From the NCBI GenBank assembly GCA_051294905.1, contig CM119373.1:9176001-9240000 (forward strand): a DNA stretch of 64,000 nucleotides. The letters are read 5' to 3'. Position numbers and translations under genes: made by a program. The notes below the pieces were generated by a model. The model did no database searches, was not told the origin of the DNA, and saw only the letters and a list, made by a program, of their open reading frames with translations. The stretch is from Botryllus schlosseri (Eukaryota). Of the stretch, positions 47,885 to 60,329 are shown piece by piece. Numbering within the stretch: the stretch's first letter is position 1; the number at the start of each line of letters is the position of its first letter.

Positions 47885-48339
47885 CCCTCCAACTTAACAT
47901 TGGTATTGTGCCATGCTCCCATATCGTCCCAAAATACGCGTAACATGTGGCTTTCCTTCTGTTATGTTTAGCGTGTTGTCTACTTAGCATGTTGTGTACT
48001 AAAAAGTAGACGTTACCTTTCCTGCCAATCGGGGATACCGTTGATCGGTGTTCTGCAGAAGGCGCCATACTTCGTGTATTCCCCCAATACCAACGCATTC
48101 ATTACCACCCATTGGCAATTTTTTTCGAGAAACCCGACCCTTCTGCGCTTGGTATTTCATCATTATTTCGCAATTGGTCATATGTCGGTGGACAACCTCC
48201 GATTTGACTGATGGCCGTGCGCAGCTTCTCGACTTTTCGATTGAATCCGGTATATTTTGTTTTTGATGAATAATCATAGGTATGGGTCGAAGTTATCTTC
48301 GTTTCGAATCGAATCAATATTCGATTCTGAATATTTCAA

Positions 48340-48480
48340 TGCCTTCGTTAATATAAAATCTTGATAAATTCTCTCTCGTATTCTTCAAACGGATTCTTCA
48401 CAGCCCTACGGCTACGAGAAATCGCTGCAGATTGCAAAATTTCAAGTTCCTCAATCAAAGCAGCCATTCTTCGATTTATC
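48340..48480 (-). pseudogene. 5' fragment of a Harbinger family A-like transposase
   Basis: MAALIEELEILQSAAISRSRRAVKNPFEEY, colinear with 1080-1200. Confidence 0.75.
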
Positions 48481-49189
48481 ATTATTGGCGGAATGGTCCT
48501 CGTTCATCAGGGCCACCTGATAACGGCTGACCTGCGCAGCCGCTGCCGACATCGCATGATATTGTTTTTTTCTCCGTTATCTCGGCCAGGACCGCCTCCT
48601 GTTTAAAGCGCCGAGCCTCACGACGCTTTTGTTTATAGGCCCGCGCTTTCGCCAGACGATCCTGACGCGCGTTTCGAGCAACAACATTAAAAACGGCATC
48701 TGTTTCCTTAATACAGGACGGAGGCCCAGAATCCGTCCCATCCCAAATAGAACCGGTTGATATACTTCGACATCGTCTTTCGCCTCCGCCTCGTTCGGCA
48801 CGTTGGTGAACGATCGCTTCGCTTCAATCTTTCGAGGCGTTGCGCAGTAGCGGCGCCGAGCTCATTCGTGAAATTCTGCAATGGCTCCATGCTATTCAAT
48901 GCGTCCTGCTAGCTTGGCGACAGTCAAAAGCGAATGGACGCTTTTCATGTGGCGCACTCGCGAGGAAATGTCCAACTCGGCACGGACACTATAGGACAAC
49001 GTAACAAAAGGAGCATCACGCTGACGTCAAAAAAAATTTGCATCTCCAACGCACGTCACACGAGGTTCGCACTCACACTAGTGACCTCACAACAGAACTG
49101 ACAGACGGTCTATGTCCCCCGAAAGGCATAATAAAATAAGACCACAGTCAACTCAACACACATATCACGCATATGGAATATTATATATA

Positions 49190-49460
49190 CATTCTCATCA
49201 GACCTTGTGTTCGTGTTTTGTGATTTGCTGGGATTGAAATTACCGAGTTTTATGTCCACAGAACTCTTGATGATGTGTTCGGGGTACCCGTTATCGATTA
49301 GTATTTTGCGAATATATTCTAGCTCAGCGTTCATTTTACATCCGAACATATCATCAAGGCTCTGTGCGCCAACGTGCCGATCAAATTTAGTTAACGGCGA
49401 TTCGTGCTAAACGAATTCCAGCGTATATATTGCCCTGTAAACGTTGGCTTCCGGTAAACC
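49190..49460 (-). pseudogene. Penelope/Poseidon-type RT thumb fragment
   Basis: KPTFTGQYIRWNSF..HRAL..ELEYIRKILIDNGYPEHII. Confidence 0.75.
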
Positions 49461-49879
49461 GAAGTGACAAAGCTAATACCCGTTTTTCCACTAGAACGTC
49501 TAAGAATGAGTTAGCACGCTCTTTTTCGAATGTGAATTTCTTTTTCAATTGTGAATTTTAAAGACGAGTGTAGAGAATTCAGGTTATCAAAGAAGCCATC
49601 GAACTCCGTCTCATTTTGACAGATAACGAAGCTGTCGTCGACATAGCGACGGTACATAATGGAGGCTTGGTTTTATCTGCGGCGAAAAGTCTGTTCTCAT
49701 GGTTTTAACGTTCGCGTTCACACAGAACCTTATCCAAAAGGTTCGCGTTCAGACGAACCTGAAGCTTTCAGAGGTTCACACCATCCCTACTGTGTACTGT
49801 TCATTCCTGCTGATTATCAGCACTCATACGTAACAATTGAGAGCAACGCGTTTGACCGATTGCTTTCGTAATGTTATAT

Positions 49880-50466
49880 TATAGAATGTAAACGTGGAAT
49901 GGCAGCGACCGATTTTGCAGCTTCGTTCCGCTTCGCTGAAGCTTTACTCAGACTTATTTTACGGCAGCTACTGTAGGATTTCTGGCAATCCAAAAGCTGT
50001 CTTCCAGAGCTCAGAATTTACTGAATCCGGTCTTGATCGAAAGCTACTGTCGCACTGATTCCGAAAATGTAAATAAAAATATGATCAGGCACTGAACCGC
50101 TTAGAATTCGCCCTCCAAATCTGAATTATCGGCATTGTCCGAACAATCGAAGAGCCGCAATGGGTCATTGTTATGGTCATTGTTATGCGATCATCCGATT
50201 GTTCTGAACAATGCAGATTTTGGATGTTGAGGGGGGTTTTTAATCTCAGTACGGTGCTTCACCATATTTTGATTGATATTTTCGAAATCAGTGCGACAGT
50301 AGCTTTCGATCAAGACCGGATTCAGTAAATTCTGAGTTCTGGAAGACAACTTTTGGATTGCCAGAAATTCTACAGTAGCTGCCGTAAAATAAGTCCGAGT
50401 AAAGCTTCAGCGAAGCGGAACGAAGCTGCAAAATCGGTCGCTGCCATTCCACGTTTACATTCTATA
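49880..50466. mobile_element. Palindromic MITE with ~280-bp inverted arms
   Basis: TATAGAATGTAAACGTGG..CCACGTTTACATTCTATA; arms near-complementary; possible TA TSD. Related copy at 63662. Confidence 0.9.
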
Positions 50467-50530
50467 GTTATATGATAAATACAAAGCATTGCTAAAACTG
50501 AGCAATCTGAGCATGCGTCTTTTTCAAGTA

Positions 50531-50592
50531 TCCAGAAATGGTCTCGCGGGCCGGATGAAATGGCCTCGCGGGCCGTATGTTTGACATCCCTG
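50531..50592. mobile_element. hAT right-end fragment
   Basis: CGCGGGCCG repeats and terminus GTTTGACATCCCTG. Confidence 0.6.
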
Positions 50593-51438
50593 GCTTAGAC
50601 GGTAAATTACAAATAGGGATAAGGCAATATCCAGATGTAGACATTCCCAAATCAAACTTACGGGACACAAGCAGTTGAGAAGATATATATCTCCAGGAAT
50701 TTCAGTTTTTAGATATATATCTCCAGGCATTTCAGTAAAACTATGATCTTTGTGTTGCTTTAGACTGGTATCCCTAATTGATTTGTACCGTGACACCACC
50801 AGATCAATCAAACGACGATTGAATTCATATTCCACCATTCAATAGTGTATAGAATTTACGCTATGTTTAGGAATGAAGCCGAACTGAAAGAGAAGATATG
50901 CACAAAACAAAATAATCACAAAACAAATGAACTCCGCTAACAATGCAAGAACATCAGATTAGTAAAGTCGTCTCGAAGTCAAACCGTATTGGAGTGACGT
51001 CATGAGACGGCTAGCCGAAGTGCTGTAATTCCGATCGAGTTTACATGGTCATGTTTGTCGCAGCGCGAGTAATACACTGCACTTCGGATTCAGCTCGGAA
51101 ATATGTTACGACAGTTGAAATAACCTGAAATACTTTTACGCATTTCTAGGATGGCCAAATATACCTTGTATATATATTCTTTCTGATACCGAGTTGTGCA
51201 AGTTATATTGTTGGCGACACTCGCTGACGCTGAACAAATTAGACCACGTGCATATTAGAAAACAGTATTATGTACGGGCAGAGCTTTCATTATCAGCCAG
51301 CTGAAATACGTGCCGGTTTCATGAAATACGAACATGAAATATTGGTAGACAACGGTAGTCTGGATTCGTTTTCAAGGATAATCCGACCATTATCAACGAA
51401 AAACTGAAATAACTCCGCTTCTACGTGTTGGTATTGAG

Positions 51439-51690
51439 TCAAATTTGTTTTTCATCGTCTTTGAAGACAGCTCAACAATTTCATGGGGTCGGCAGAAAGG
51501 ATTGGCAGAAAAATTTGATTTTTTTTTTCAATTTTCTGTAATAAATTAAAATTTCTTATTGGATCTGCGGAGTTCTATACTTGTTAGTATTGAACCAAAT
51601 TTGGTGTGCAGCAGTTTTTTAGGGTAACCTGACAGTTTAATCTGTGAATGGCTGGAATCCGGGGAAAAGGTTATTTTCGAACAGCCCTAG
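51439..51690. repeat. Dispersed ~240-bp repeat, copy 2
   Basis: Colinear with 24758-24994, with the same end points. Confidence 0.85.
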
Positions 51691-52204
51691 GTCATTGATT
51701 CCGAACCGATGAACGAATACAGAGTTAAATATACACACAAAGGCGCTGTATCGCAAGAAGCATGTCAAACTACGTAATTGCACAGCCTCAGTTTATAGTT
51801 ACCAGCCAGAATAGAGATGGAGAAACGAATTGATAAGATGCAATACATTACCCATTTACTAATAGATATTAAATCATTCGAGCCTGCGCCAACGGTTAAG
51901 GACTATATAAACTATATTCGACTTGAATTTGAATAAAAGAGGCGGTTTGGTTAAGGTAAGAGCGGAGAGTAGAAACATGCATTTTGCTATTCTATTACTT
52001 TACTGCTATAGAGTCGAGACAACGTAAGCTGTAAGCTACGATTACTTCGTTTGCGGTCAACTTAATTTGTGAGAGAGCAATCGAGGCTCGGTATGAAATG
52101 CACTGTCATTGAATGATTGGTAGCTCTCACGGGTCACACAAGCGTTTCACGAACAACCCGAACATATGCACGGGTACTGTGATTTTTATCGACACCGACT
52201 ACTT

Positions 52205-52339
52205 GATGACTTGAAATTGACTCGTGAATTCTGCTCCGACTCAATCCACATTTCTGAGACGCCAAGTCAAGTCATTTTACCAAAGGGACTCGAGTCAAGT
52301 CAATGCGAAAAAGGTGTGACTCGAGTCATCCCAACACTG
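52205..52339. mobile_element. hAT MITE right-end fragment with GACTCGAG repeats
   Basis: Repeats as in 5597-6174; terminus CCCAACACTG. Confidence 0.55.
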
Positions 52340-52973
52340 AAATGTTGCACACTTGCTAATAACGGAAGCATATTCAATGTGTTGAAAATTTTGATATCGA
52401 CACCATATATTCTCTTTATCACTTCATACATTAAGTGCGTCGTATATCTTATTATTAACGGAACCATGGTTGTTGGTTGCTACACCGTGTTCAATTTCAT
52501 AATGTGTAATTGTTTGTGAAGTGTCGGCATTTATCGCAATGTGTCTATCTTTTGTATGTATCACTAATGCTACATGCGGTTTCCGTTCAAAGCTATCTAC
52601 CAAAGCGGACCGTACCTAGTGACACGTAAGCGAACGATAATCAACCATTTGGTAGTACTCTTTTTTAGATTTTTCGAATTGTGACGTGATTGGCTTCGTT
52701 TTGGCTGATTGGCTTCGTTTTGGCAACATTCATACCAATTGTTGCGGTATATGAAATGATCTGGTTATCTATTGTATTGCACATGATTCTGGGCAAAACA
52801 AGCTGCGAGAGTTTTTACGATGCATGTGCAAAATGTGACGACATGGTAACTTCATTGACGGGCGGTAAGCGCAGTTGCAGTCGTTCGCAGACGGTTGAAT
52901 TCATCCATGATCTTTTGTAGAGGTTTTGAGCTGAGTGAGGGCCTTTTCAAGAGCATACATATGGTATTAGGAT

Positions 52974-53456
52974 TAGGGCTGGGCAAAATCGAGTACCTGA
53001 GTGATTCGATTCTGAATCACGTAATATGCTTCGGGTCGAGTAATCGAGTATCAGTCATTATGACGTCATAAAGAATGTAATATGTCAAAGTTCAAATATG
53101 TATATTTTATGTAACAACAAAGAATATAATGCCTGTTATCCATCTCATAAAAGATACTTTGGTATTTTTCGACCATACCGATTTCATTGCACCTGGTGAC
53201 AATGTTGTGGGATGATCATGACTTCGGAAATGTGCTATTTCCAGCAACATACGTAGCTTTGTACTATATGTTTCGTACGCCACGATACGAGCAATCAAGG
53301 TTTCAGGGCTTCCACAGTGAAAATGAGTATCAAAACTATAATTCTCGTAGATAAATTAACTTTCAGTGGCGAGGAGCGTATAATTTCAGACTCGAAAAAA
53401 TCGTCTTTTACTACTCGATTCAGATTCGAGTACTCGAATCATTGTGCCCAGCCCTA
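52974..53456. mobile_element. hAT MITE
   Basis: TIR TAGGGCTGGGCA; TSD ATTAGGAT / GTTAGGAT (7/8 match); TCGAGTA repeats. Confidence 0.87.
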
Positions 53457-53617
53457 GTTAGGATCTGTCCGTATTGGTGCTCTGGACTACCCACCTCGAA
53501 TGGCTTTACAGGTACCTTTTGCAGAATCGAAATCTATCGATGGGATTGTTCCGTACGTAGAGAAGACTTTTATATGACCAGCAGCAAATTGTGAAAAAGC
53601 TGCTGCAAACTAGAGTA

Positions 53618-55250
53618 GGGGAGACCGGGGACAATTGTAACACGTTTCGTATTTTTGGACATTTAGTGTATTTTTCATGAACATTTTTTTTCCAAAGTTT
53701 TACACAAAGAAACTATGAACTCGATAGTTCATACAAGAACAACAATGCAAATCAATCAACAATATACATCATGGAAATTTTTGATCGCGAAAATCGTCGC
53801 TCAAATGTTACAATCGCCCCGTACCCCAGGGCAATTGTACCACCGATGTGAGGCAATTGTAACAGTTTTCATTATAACTCAAAACGAACGAAATTGAAAA
53901 CAGAAATGGGAACATAAATGTTAACATTGCAAAAAAGACTGACAAAAGAAATATTGGAAGGCTTCCAGGCTATGCCTCCTCGCAGTTTTGGCAGTTAAAT
54001 ACTGGGTCTTCCGTCGTGCATTCCTCATGCGCTCAAAGTGCACAAGAGACACATTTGATCCATTTCTCTCCTGGGCGACTGTTGCTGAAATGCTCATCAC
54101 AAATCAGACATGTGTTAAATTCGTCTGTTTCTGATGTTTGGGATGATTGCGAAGATCCTTTCTTCTTTGGGAAAGTTTTTTTTGACGTCTGTTCGCCATC
54201 GTTTTCCGCCTAGTTTCAATGATTTGGTTTTTCACTGGTGTGTCAGTAACTACGGCTGATTTACGCCTTTTTCTATTTGTAACTTTCCGAGGTGCTGCTT
54301 TTGGAAATGGCCGGAGTTTAACTGGGGAAAATATTTCGTCAATCCTGAGACTTGTGGAAGGTTCCAAATTAATATATGCCTCTGGTGCGTTCTGCAAAAC
54401 AGCCGGCGATGGGATATTTGACAAATCGTCTCCGTATCTGGAATCATAGCTGCTCCCACATCTCCCTGATCATGTTCGGCTCCTTCCCCCGAGGTCCCGT
54501 TGCTTATCGTGCATAACGGATTGGGTCTGTCGGTCACCCGAGAAGGTGCGAAATCGACCTCACTGAAGATATCTTCGTTAAATGGGACAAAACCGGTACA
54601 GGAAAACGAGGACACAACATTTTGTGGCTTCAAAGCCAAGGGCAGCGCTTTGCTAACAATTCCAGGGACATGGTAGATTATCATAGTAGTGCTAGGATTC
54701 CCCATCATCCAGCTATCACATGCCGAATTGATAGCTTTCTTAAATGGACCAAAAACTCCTCTATCCAAAGGCTGCAGCTTGTGTGATGTATGGGGAGGGA
54801 AAGTGAGCATGACAATATGTGACGCCTTACAAAATTCCAGGGCATTGAGGGATAGGTGTGACTCATGATTATCTAGTAATAGAAGAACTGGCCGCTCTTT
54901 TGTAGGCTTGGCATGATCGGAAAAGTGCTTTAAGAAAACAACAAAGTCTTCTTCCTGCATCCATCCGGACCCATTGGCCAATCCAGTGCAACCGATCGGC
55001 CCATCTCTTATAAAGTGTTGATGAAATTTCTTCCTGGGAAAAACGAAAAGGGGGGAACACTGTTACCTGTTGCATTGATTGCTACGGCCCATGTAACCAA
55101 CGTTCCTCTTTCTTGTGATGTCATTGATCCAATCTGTTTCTTTCCTTTTTGTGCCACAATCCGATCGGGCCTCTGCACTGTTGTCACGCCTGTTTCGTCA
55201 ACGTTGTATATATTTTGAGGAAACTTATAACGGATATCGATGCCGTATCT
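53618..55250 (-). mobile_element. pogo/Tigger-type transposon, 5'-truncated; DDE domain plus C-terminal PHD finger, pseudogenised
   Basis: YNVDETG, GSGWM, LLLLDNHESH, FPPHTSHKLQPLD. PHD CLIC..WIKCVSCAL*AHEEC..CQNC carries a premature stop. Terminus TA|GGGGAGACCGGGG. Confidence 0.92.
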
Positions 55251-55289
55251 TCTGATACCAAGACGAAGACGTCAACTACAACACTCTTC

Positions 55290-56070
55290 ATTACCATCTT
55301 CTGCAATCAACAAGTACAGTAGCATTATCATGTCGTTCAGTTTGTAAGTAGCATCGATGAATAATATTTCGAGATATGTGAAAAAGTCTGTTTTTACATA
55401 TCTTTGTCTTTAAACGCCATCGGTTTGTCGGTACATAGTATATCATTAAAACTAAATTCAACAGAGCAAGTGGCCATATTCAAAAGTTCAACCAAAACTT
55501 TACGCGAGAAAGGGGGTGGTGGCAAATCACTATCGTATAGCGCGCAAGCACAGATATCAATTGTCTCTTTCAACGGTGCGTTCGTGAAAAGACTAGTGAT
55601 ATCATAAGACCCGAGGAACATGTTCGAATGCGGCAGGTTGGTGGTCTTCACCTCGCGCGCAAACGTAAATGAATCGGTGGCGCAGGGCGAGCCATACAAT
55701 GAACGCACTGGTTCTAAAATAGCAATCAGCCATTTCGCCAGCTTGTGCTGAGCCGATCCAATCAGAATCGGCCGAACGGGCACGTTCGTTGGATTTGTGC
55801 GTTTTAGGAAGTCCATACAATCGTGGCCTCTGCGATCCGACTGGTCTGATGGACGAGTAAATCTTCGATGTTATGGAGCCATTTTCCTTTAGGCGGAATC
55901 GCGGTATCGTCAAAATTAGCAGCGGGACACGGTGCCTTGAATTTCGTTTCATCACCCAGTAATGAGTTCATTTTTAGTATGTAATCCTGTTTGTTCAAGA
56001 TAACAACACCAGAACCTTTGTCGGGTTTGGTGATGTGTATGCTCGGATTCTTTCGCAATGCTTCAATGGC
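55290..56070 (-). pseudogene. Penelope/Poseidon-type RT fragment
   Basis: KPDKGSGVVILNKQDY, RPRLYGLPKTHK, PVRPIL, YDITSLFTNAPLKETI. Confidence 0.87.
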
Positions 56071-56769
56071 GCGAACAGATTACCAAACAACGAATAGGGT
56101 AACACAACTAGTACGAATATCGTAACACAACAAGTAGAACAAACAATGAAACAAAAGCAACACAACAAATATAAGTCTAGAAAACGTAAACAATGAAATT
56201 TGTTCAGAAAAAGTAAACAATGAAAGTTGAACAAACGAACAATAAAACAACATGAACATCGAACAGTGAAACTAAATATGAAGAGGGCAGTAACATATAT
56301 TTTTGTAGTTGTTTCGACGCGACACTCCAATCGTAATGATCTTAATTTACCAGGCATCGAATCCTGTCTGCTGCACTAAATCTGCTTCGGACTCGGCAAA
56401 CCTTGCGTATCAGTCTTGTATTCAATCGCAATCAAGCAACCCAAATCGAATAACACACAATGTGAACTTCGGATTTGCTTTGAGAATATCAAGATGCTAA
56501 TACAAAAGAGTAAGATTCGCAATAGTGGTCACTCGCCCGTTGCTCGGTGGAATGGAGGGCGAGACAACAGTGACGAGGGCAATTTATACAAGCGAAAAAA
56601 AACAATATAAAACAGTAATCGACAGTAATCAAAACAAATCACTAAAATCGTACAATTAGTACAAACGCGAAATACAAACAGGGAAAGTTGAAAGACGAAC
56701 TGATTCCTCTAAAAACGTAATCAATAAAGGATAGAAAAAACGTGCGCAATCGCAAACAGTAGGATGCCT

Positions 56770-57270
56770 TCGAAAATTTGCCGCATCAGCGCAGACTGGA
56801 CTCCGGCCAGAAGTACCGCGTTAAAGAACTGCGGAGCCAGAAGGCAAATGAAAAGTTGTTACAAAATCATCCATGGACTTCCATGGACTTCACTAAGTCA
56901 AGTCGTACTGTTGAAAGATCTTCACACCATCGGCACCTTAAAATCCAGCGAAGTGTCAGCATTAGAAGCGACACCAAAGGAACTGGAAGAAATTCCAGGT
57001 AAAGTATTTGTTTCCGGTGGTTCTCATCAAGTATAGTGACTAATGTGCTCTTTGTTTGCTTCAGCTAAAAATTGGCCACTAGCTGCGCTCGCGGTTTGTC
57101 TGCACTTGATGTTGTTTTGTTGCTATGATGTCACAATTGGCTGTATGCAATGTAGTTATATGCAAGTTTTTGAAATTCTCTTTATGCCGACGATTACCCC
57201 TGAAGAGTGTTGGCTCGAAAAGCTTCGGGTTTTAATATATTTGTAATATGAATATATTATTAAAATGTAT
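56770..57270 (+). mobile_element. PLE 3' end: decayed GIY-YIG C-terminus and pseudo-LTR region
   Basis: RVKELR..HPWTSMDF..HLKI..SIR resembles the distal GIY-YIG half. It is followed by a hammerhead-like motif and an AT-rich tail. Confidence 0.45.
57196..57230 (+). ncRNA. Candidate minimal type I hammerhead ribozyme
   Basis: ACCC-CTGAAGA-G(TGTTGGCT)C-GAAA-AGCT-TC-GGGT: conserved core, 4-bp helix I, palindromic AAGCTT helix III; helix II is weak. Confidence 0.5.
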
Positions 57271-57519
57271 ATTGAAGTTATGTACCTCAAAAGTCTCTTC
57301 TAATCTGTTTATGTTACTGTTACTGTTAGTTAATTGCTTTTTTAGTGTCTTAGTTGCACTAGTTCGTTAACTTATTCGATGCGTCCTGCGTACGGGGATC
57401 TCTCTTGTTGAGTTGCACGAGTTGCTGATCTTGTAGTGTGCCACTGCACTCTCCAACTCCTCACAAGAGGCGAACTTACTATCCTTATCAGTGATCAGCG
57501 GTCTGTGCTTTTCGAGAAT

Positions 57520-57630
57520 CCGAATCCCTCCGACAACTTTATTTTCTGAGGAAAATTCCCTCCGACTCCGAAGAGCTCACTGAATCCAAGACTCCCGAGA
57601 CACTCCGAAGAATCTCGTCAAGTATACGAA
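57520..57630 (-). repeat. Internal fragment of the E2 hAT MITE family
   Basis: Reverse complement of about 15530-15635. Confidence 0.7.
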
Positions 57631-58057
57631 CCATCCATATTGGTAGAGGTAGGCTATATAATAACATTGTCCAAGAATCTCACATGTACAGCTCCGCTGA
57701 GAATATAGTTCTGCACTAGAATATCACTAGTTATATCTCTGAAACAGAACGAAAAATAAATAAATCGAAGACGGTACTCGCAAGCATTAGGAAGGAACTT
57801 GCAAGGGTAGTGCAACAGTAGTGTGGTCCTAGGTTGTCTTAATGTCCTGTATACTGTTGCAAGCTCTTCAATTCACAGCACAGTTCTCTGACACGACTGT
57901 ATTTGCGTGGAAACGACAAGAAGAGACGTTCGTCCTAGTAGCGGTTAAATGAGTCTGGCATCACGAGATCAAACGATCGAGTTTATACTACAGTAGTATG
58001 AAAGAATGGTTGTAACATTTAGCCAGAGGGAAACGAATTGCGGAAAACGTCATGAAG

Positions 58058-58322
58058 TATTTAGCCATTAGGAATACGGATCACGAAATACTCGCGACAT
58101 GGAAACGGCAGAGACAGGGATATCTATGTAGAACTTTAGTTTTACGTAACAGAGATGGTGAATTTTAGCCAATAGGAATACGGATCACGAAATAGTCGCG
58201 GCACGAAAAAGGCAGAGATATCTTTCTAAACTCTAGTTTTACGTAACAAAGTTTGTGAAATTTAGCGAGTAGGAATACGGATCGCGAAATAGTCGCGGTA
58301 CGAAAAAGGCAGATATATCTTA
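58058..58322. repeat. Tandem repeat, ~100-bp unit, about 2.6 copies
   Basis: GGAATACGGATC at 58071, 58175 and 58272. Confidence 0.85.
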
Positions 58323-60329
58323 ATAAAACTTGCGCAATACACAAAACGATACTGGCTTTGACTAGTTACAAGATGTAAGATACAATGTATGTTGGCCACA
58401 CATGATAGTCCTAATAATACGGTAAAGTGCAATTCACGTTGACAGAGTCAACTACAGTAGCACACAGAGAGAACACCGTTAACTTGAAGTGTAAATGAAG
58501 TTCATCTCCCTTGGGAAGTATTGCATCTAAGACCGAAGGAAAATGACAAAAAATAACAGCAATTCAAATCACAGAGATTATTAGAACAACGATGAAAAAA
58601 TCATCAGCGAGAGGCATCATTACAGACTTAACATTATTGCATTAGAACATTGAATCATTTACTAGAACGTCGTTTATGCAGGTTTCCTCTGAAGCTGAGG
58701 GAACTTCTGACTTGAAGTTCATTAGTTTTTAACCAATTTCTTCGTCAAACTGAATGCAAGCGTCCTAAGGAAAAGCGTCGAAATAGTACTTATAATCTTT
58801 TCAATGACTTCTATCTGGAATTCGCCTGCGTTATCAACATAATCTATAAAATAATCTACCAAAATAAGGGGACAGGACAACGACTGATTGTAGTTTTTCA
58901 ATATCAACCGACTCTGATCTGGAAAACATGGCGTGATTTAATTCTTCTTAATATGAAGCCAGCGGATATATTATATGATATCAGCGTCTCTGGCAGATGT
59001 ACTAGCAGGCAAACTAGTAATACCTGAAGCAACGATATCATCACTTTTGTCCAAAAGATATATAGAAGCACCATACACATCTGGAACTGGCTCACGGAAA
59101 CAGCCTAGAAAGAAAAATCCGACATCAATTCCGAAAACTGTTCCAAAATGTTATCCGAATTCCTGTTTTTTAACTTTTCCCTCTCTTACTCGAAGATATA
59201 TACCAGTTCCAGGCACAAGATTTACTGAGATAAGCGCCCCATCTCCGTTATCCATGTTGAGATCAAGGTCGACATCCGATGTTACAACAGCATCCTCAAT
59301 TTCATCTAAAATTGATTCCGGAATCCTATGCTATTCTTCAGTAGCGTTTGCCATATTTAATTTCCTATGATATAAAATATTGACAATGGCGAATTGCTTG
59401 ATCATGTGAAAGGTTTCTTCCTGTTCCAACAAGACAACGAGGGTGGGTTTCAAAAAGTTGTCCTAATTTAGTCCTGGCTTTTAAGGTCGATAAATGACTT
59501 GCCCAAGTCGCCAGGGTCTGGCGGTCTTAAATCTGTTTCAAATCTCAATTTGGCGCCGGGCTCGGCCAAGTCGGTCTGTCAGTGCGATTAACCCGTTGGC
59601 TGCGATGCGACGAATTACACTGTATGCTCCGTCGCTGTAGCGAGTTCAACACTGAACCGAGGCCAGATTGTTATTGTTTTGAGTTGCTCGCTGATGTTGT
59701 TGAGTAAAGCGATGCAATGAAGGAATATGAAATTGCTATAATAGTTGTTGTAATTTACGGACGGATGATAAGAACAGAATCCCGAGGAAGTATCTGGCAG
59801 ATGTTCAGAACGGTTTCGCAAGGAATTCGAAGAAATAGTGCGACTGTGATTCCGATATTTGAAGACACAACTGCCTAGCGTTTTGGCATGTTAAATGATA
59901 ATAAAGATATATATGCTCTTAGGGGTGCTGAAGACTTACTGCACCACTATTATGCCTAATAACATTGGCCGAAAAGTCAGCCCAGTGCTTTTCGTGTTGA
60001 AAAAAAGATCTCGTGCAAGTGCTGCATTGGGTATTGCAATAGCCTGACAATAGCCTGCCTCTGCCTTCCCAATCTAGCACTTCAGACACTGCAGATTTAG
60101 CTAAATTTGATGAAATACTTGAAGTTGAAGCGCTCAACACACTCACATGGTATCGACTCCTACAGATAAATCTGCACGACAATGCATGATCTTGAGATTT
60201 TTTTTCTAGCTAGTGCAGTTGCTCGTCAACGTAATGGTTTCAAGTTAACACACTACCAATATTTAGCATGGAGTTTATTATAAATATATCACGTACTACT
60301 CAGTGTGCATGCTATATAAAATACTAATC

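Noticed and set aside
47740-48320. Protein-like minus-strand fragments (WDDMGAW motif)
   Set aside because: Probably a decayed TE gene, but I cannot name the family from sequence alone.
48560-48900. GC-richer stretch with overlapping short ORFs
   Set aside because: No domain recognised.
56100-56290. AACAA-rich strand-biased tract
   Set aside because: Short low-complexity sequence near a PLE 5' region; no periodic unit and no telomere motif.
58720-59450. Possible P-element transposase C-terminus (DII*YISAGFILRRIK)
   Set aside because: Only one short motif supports it.
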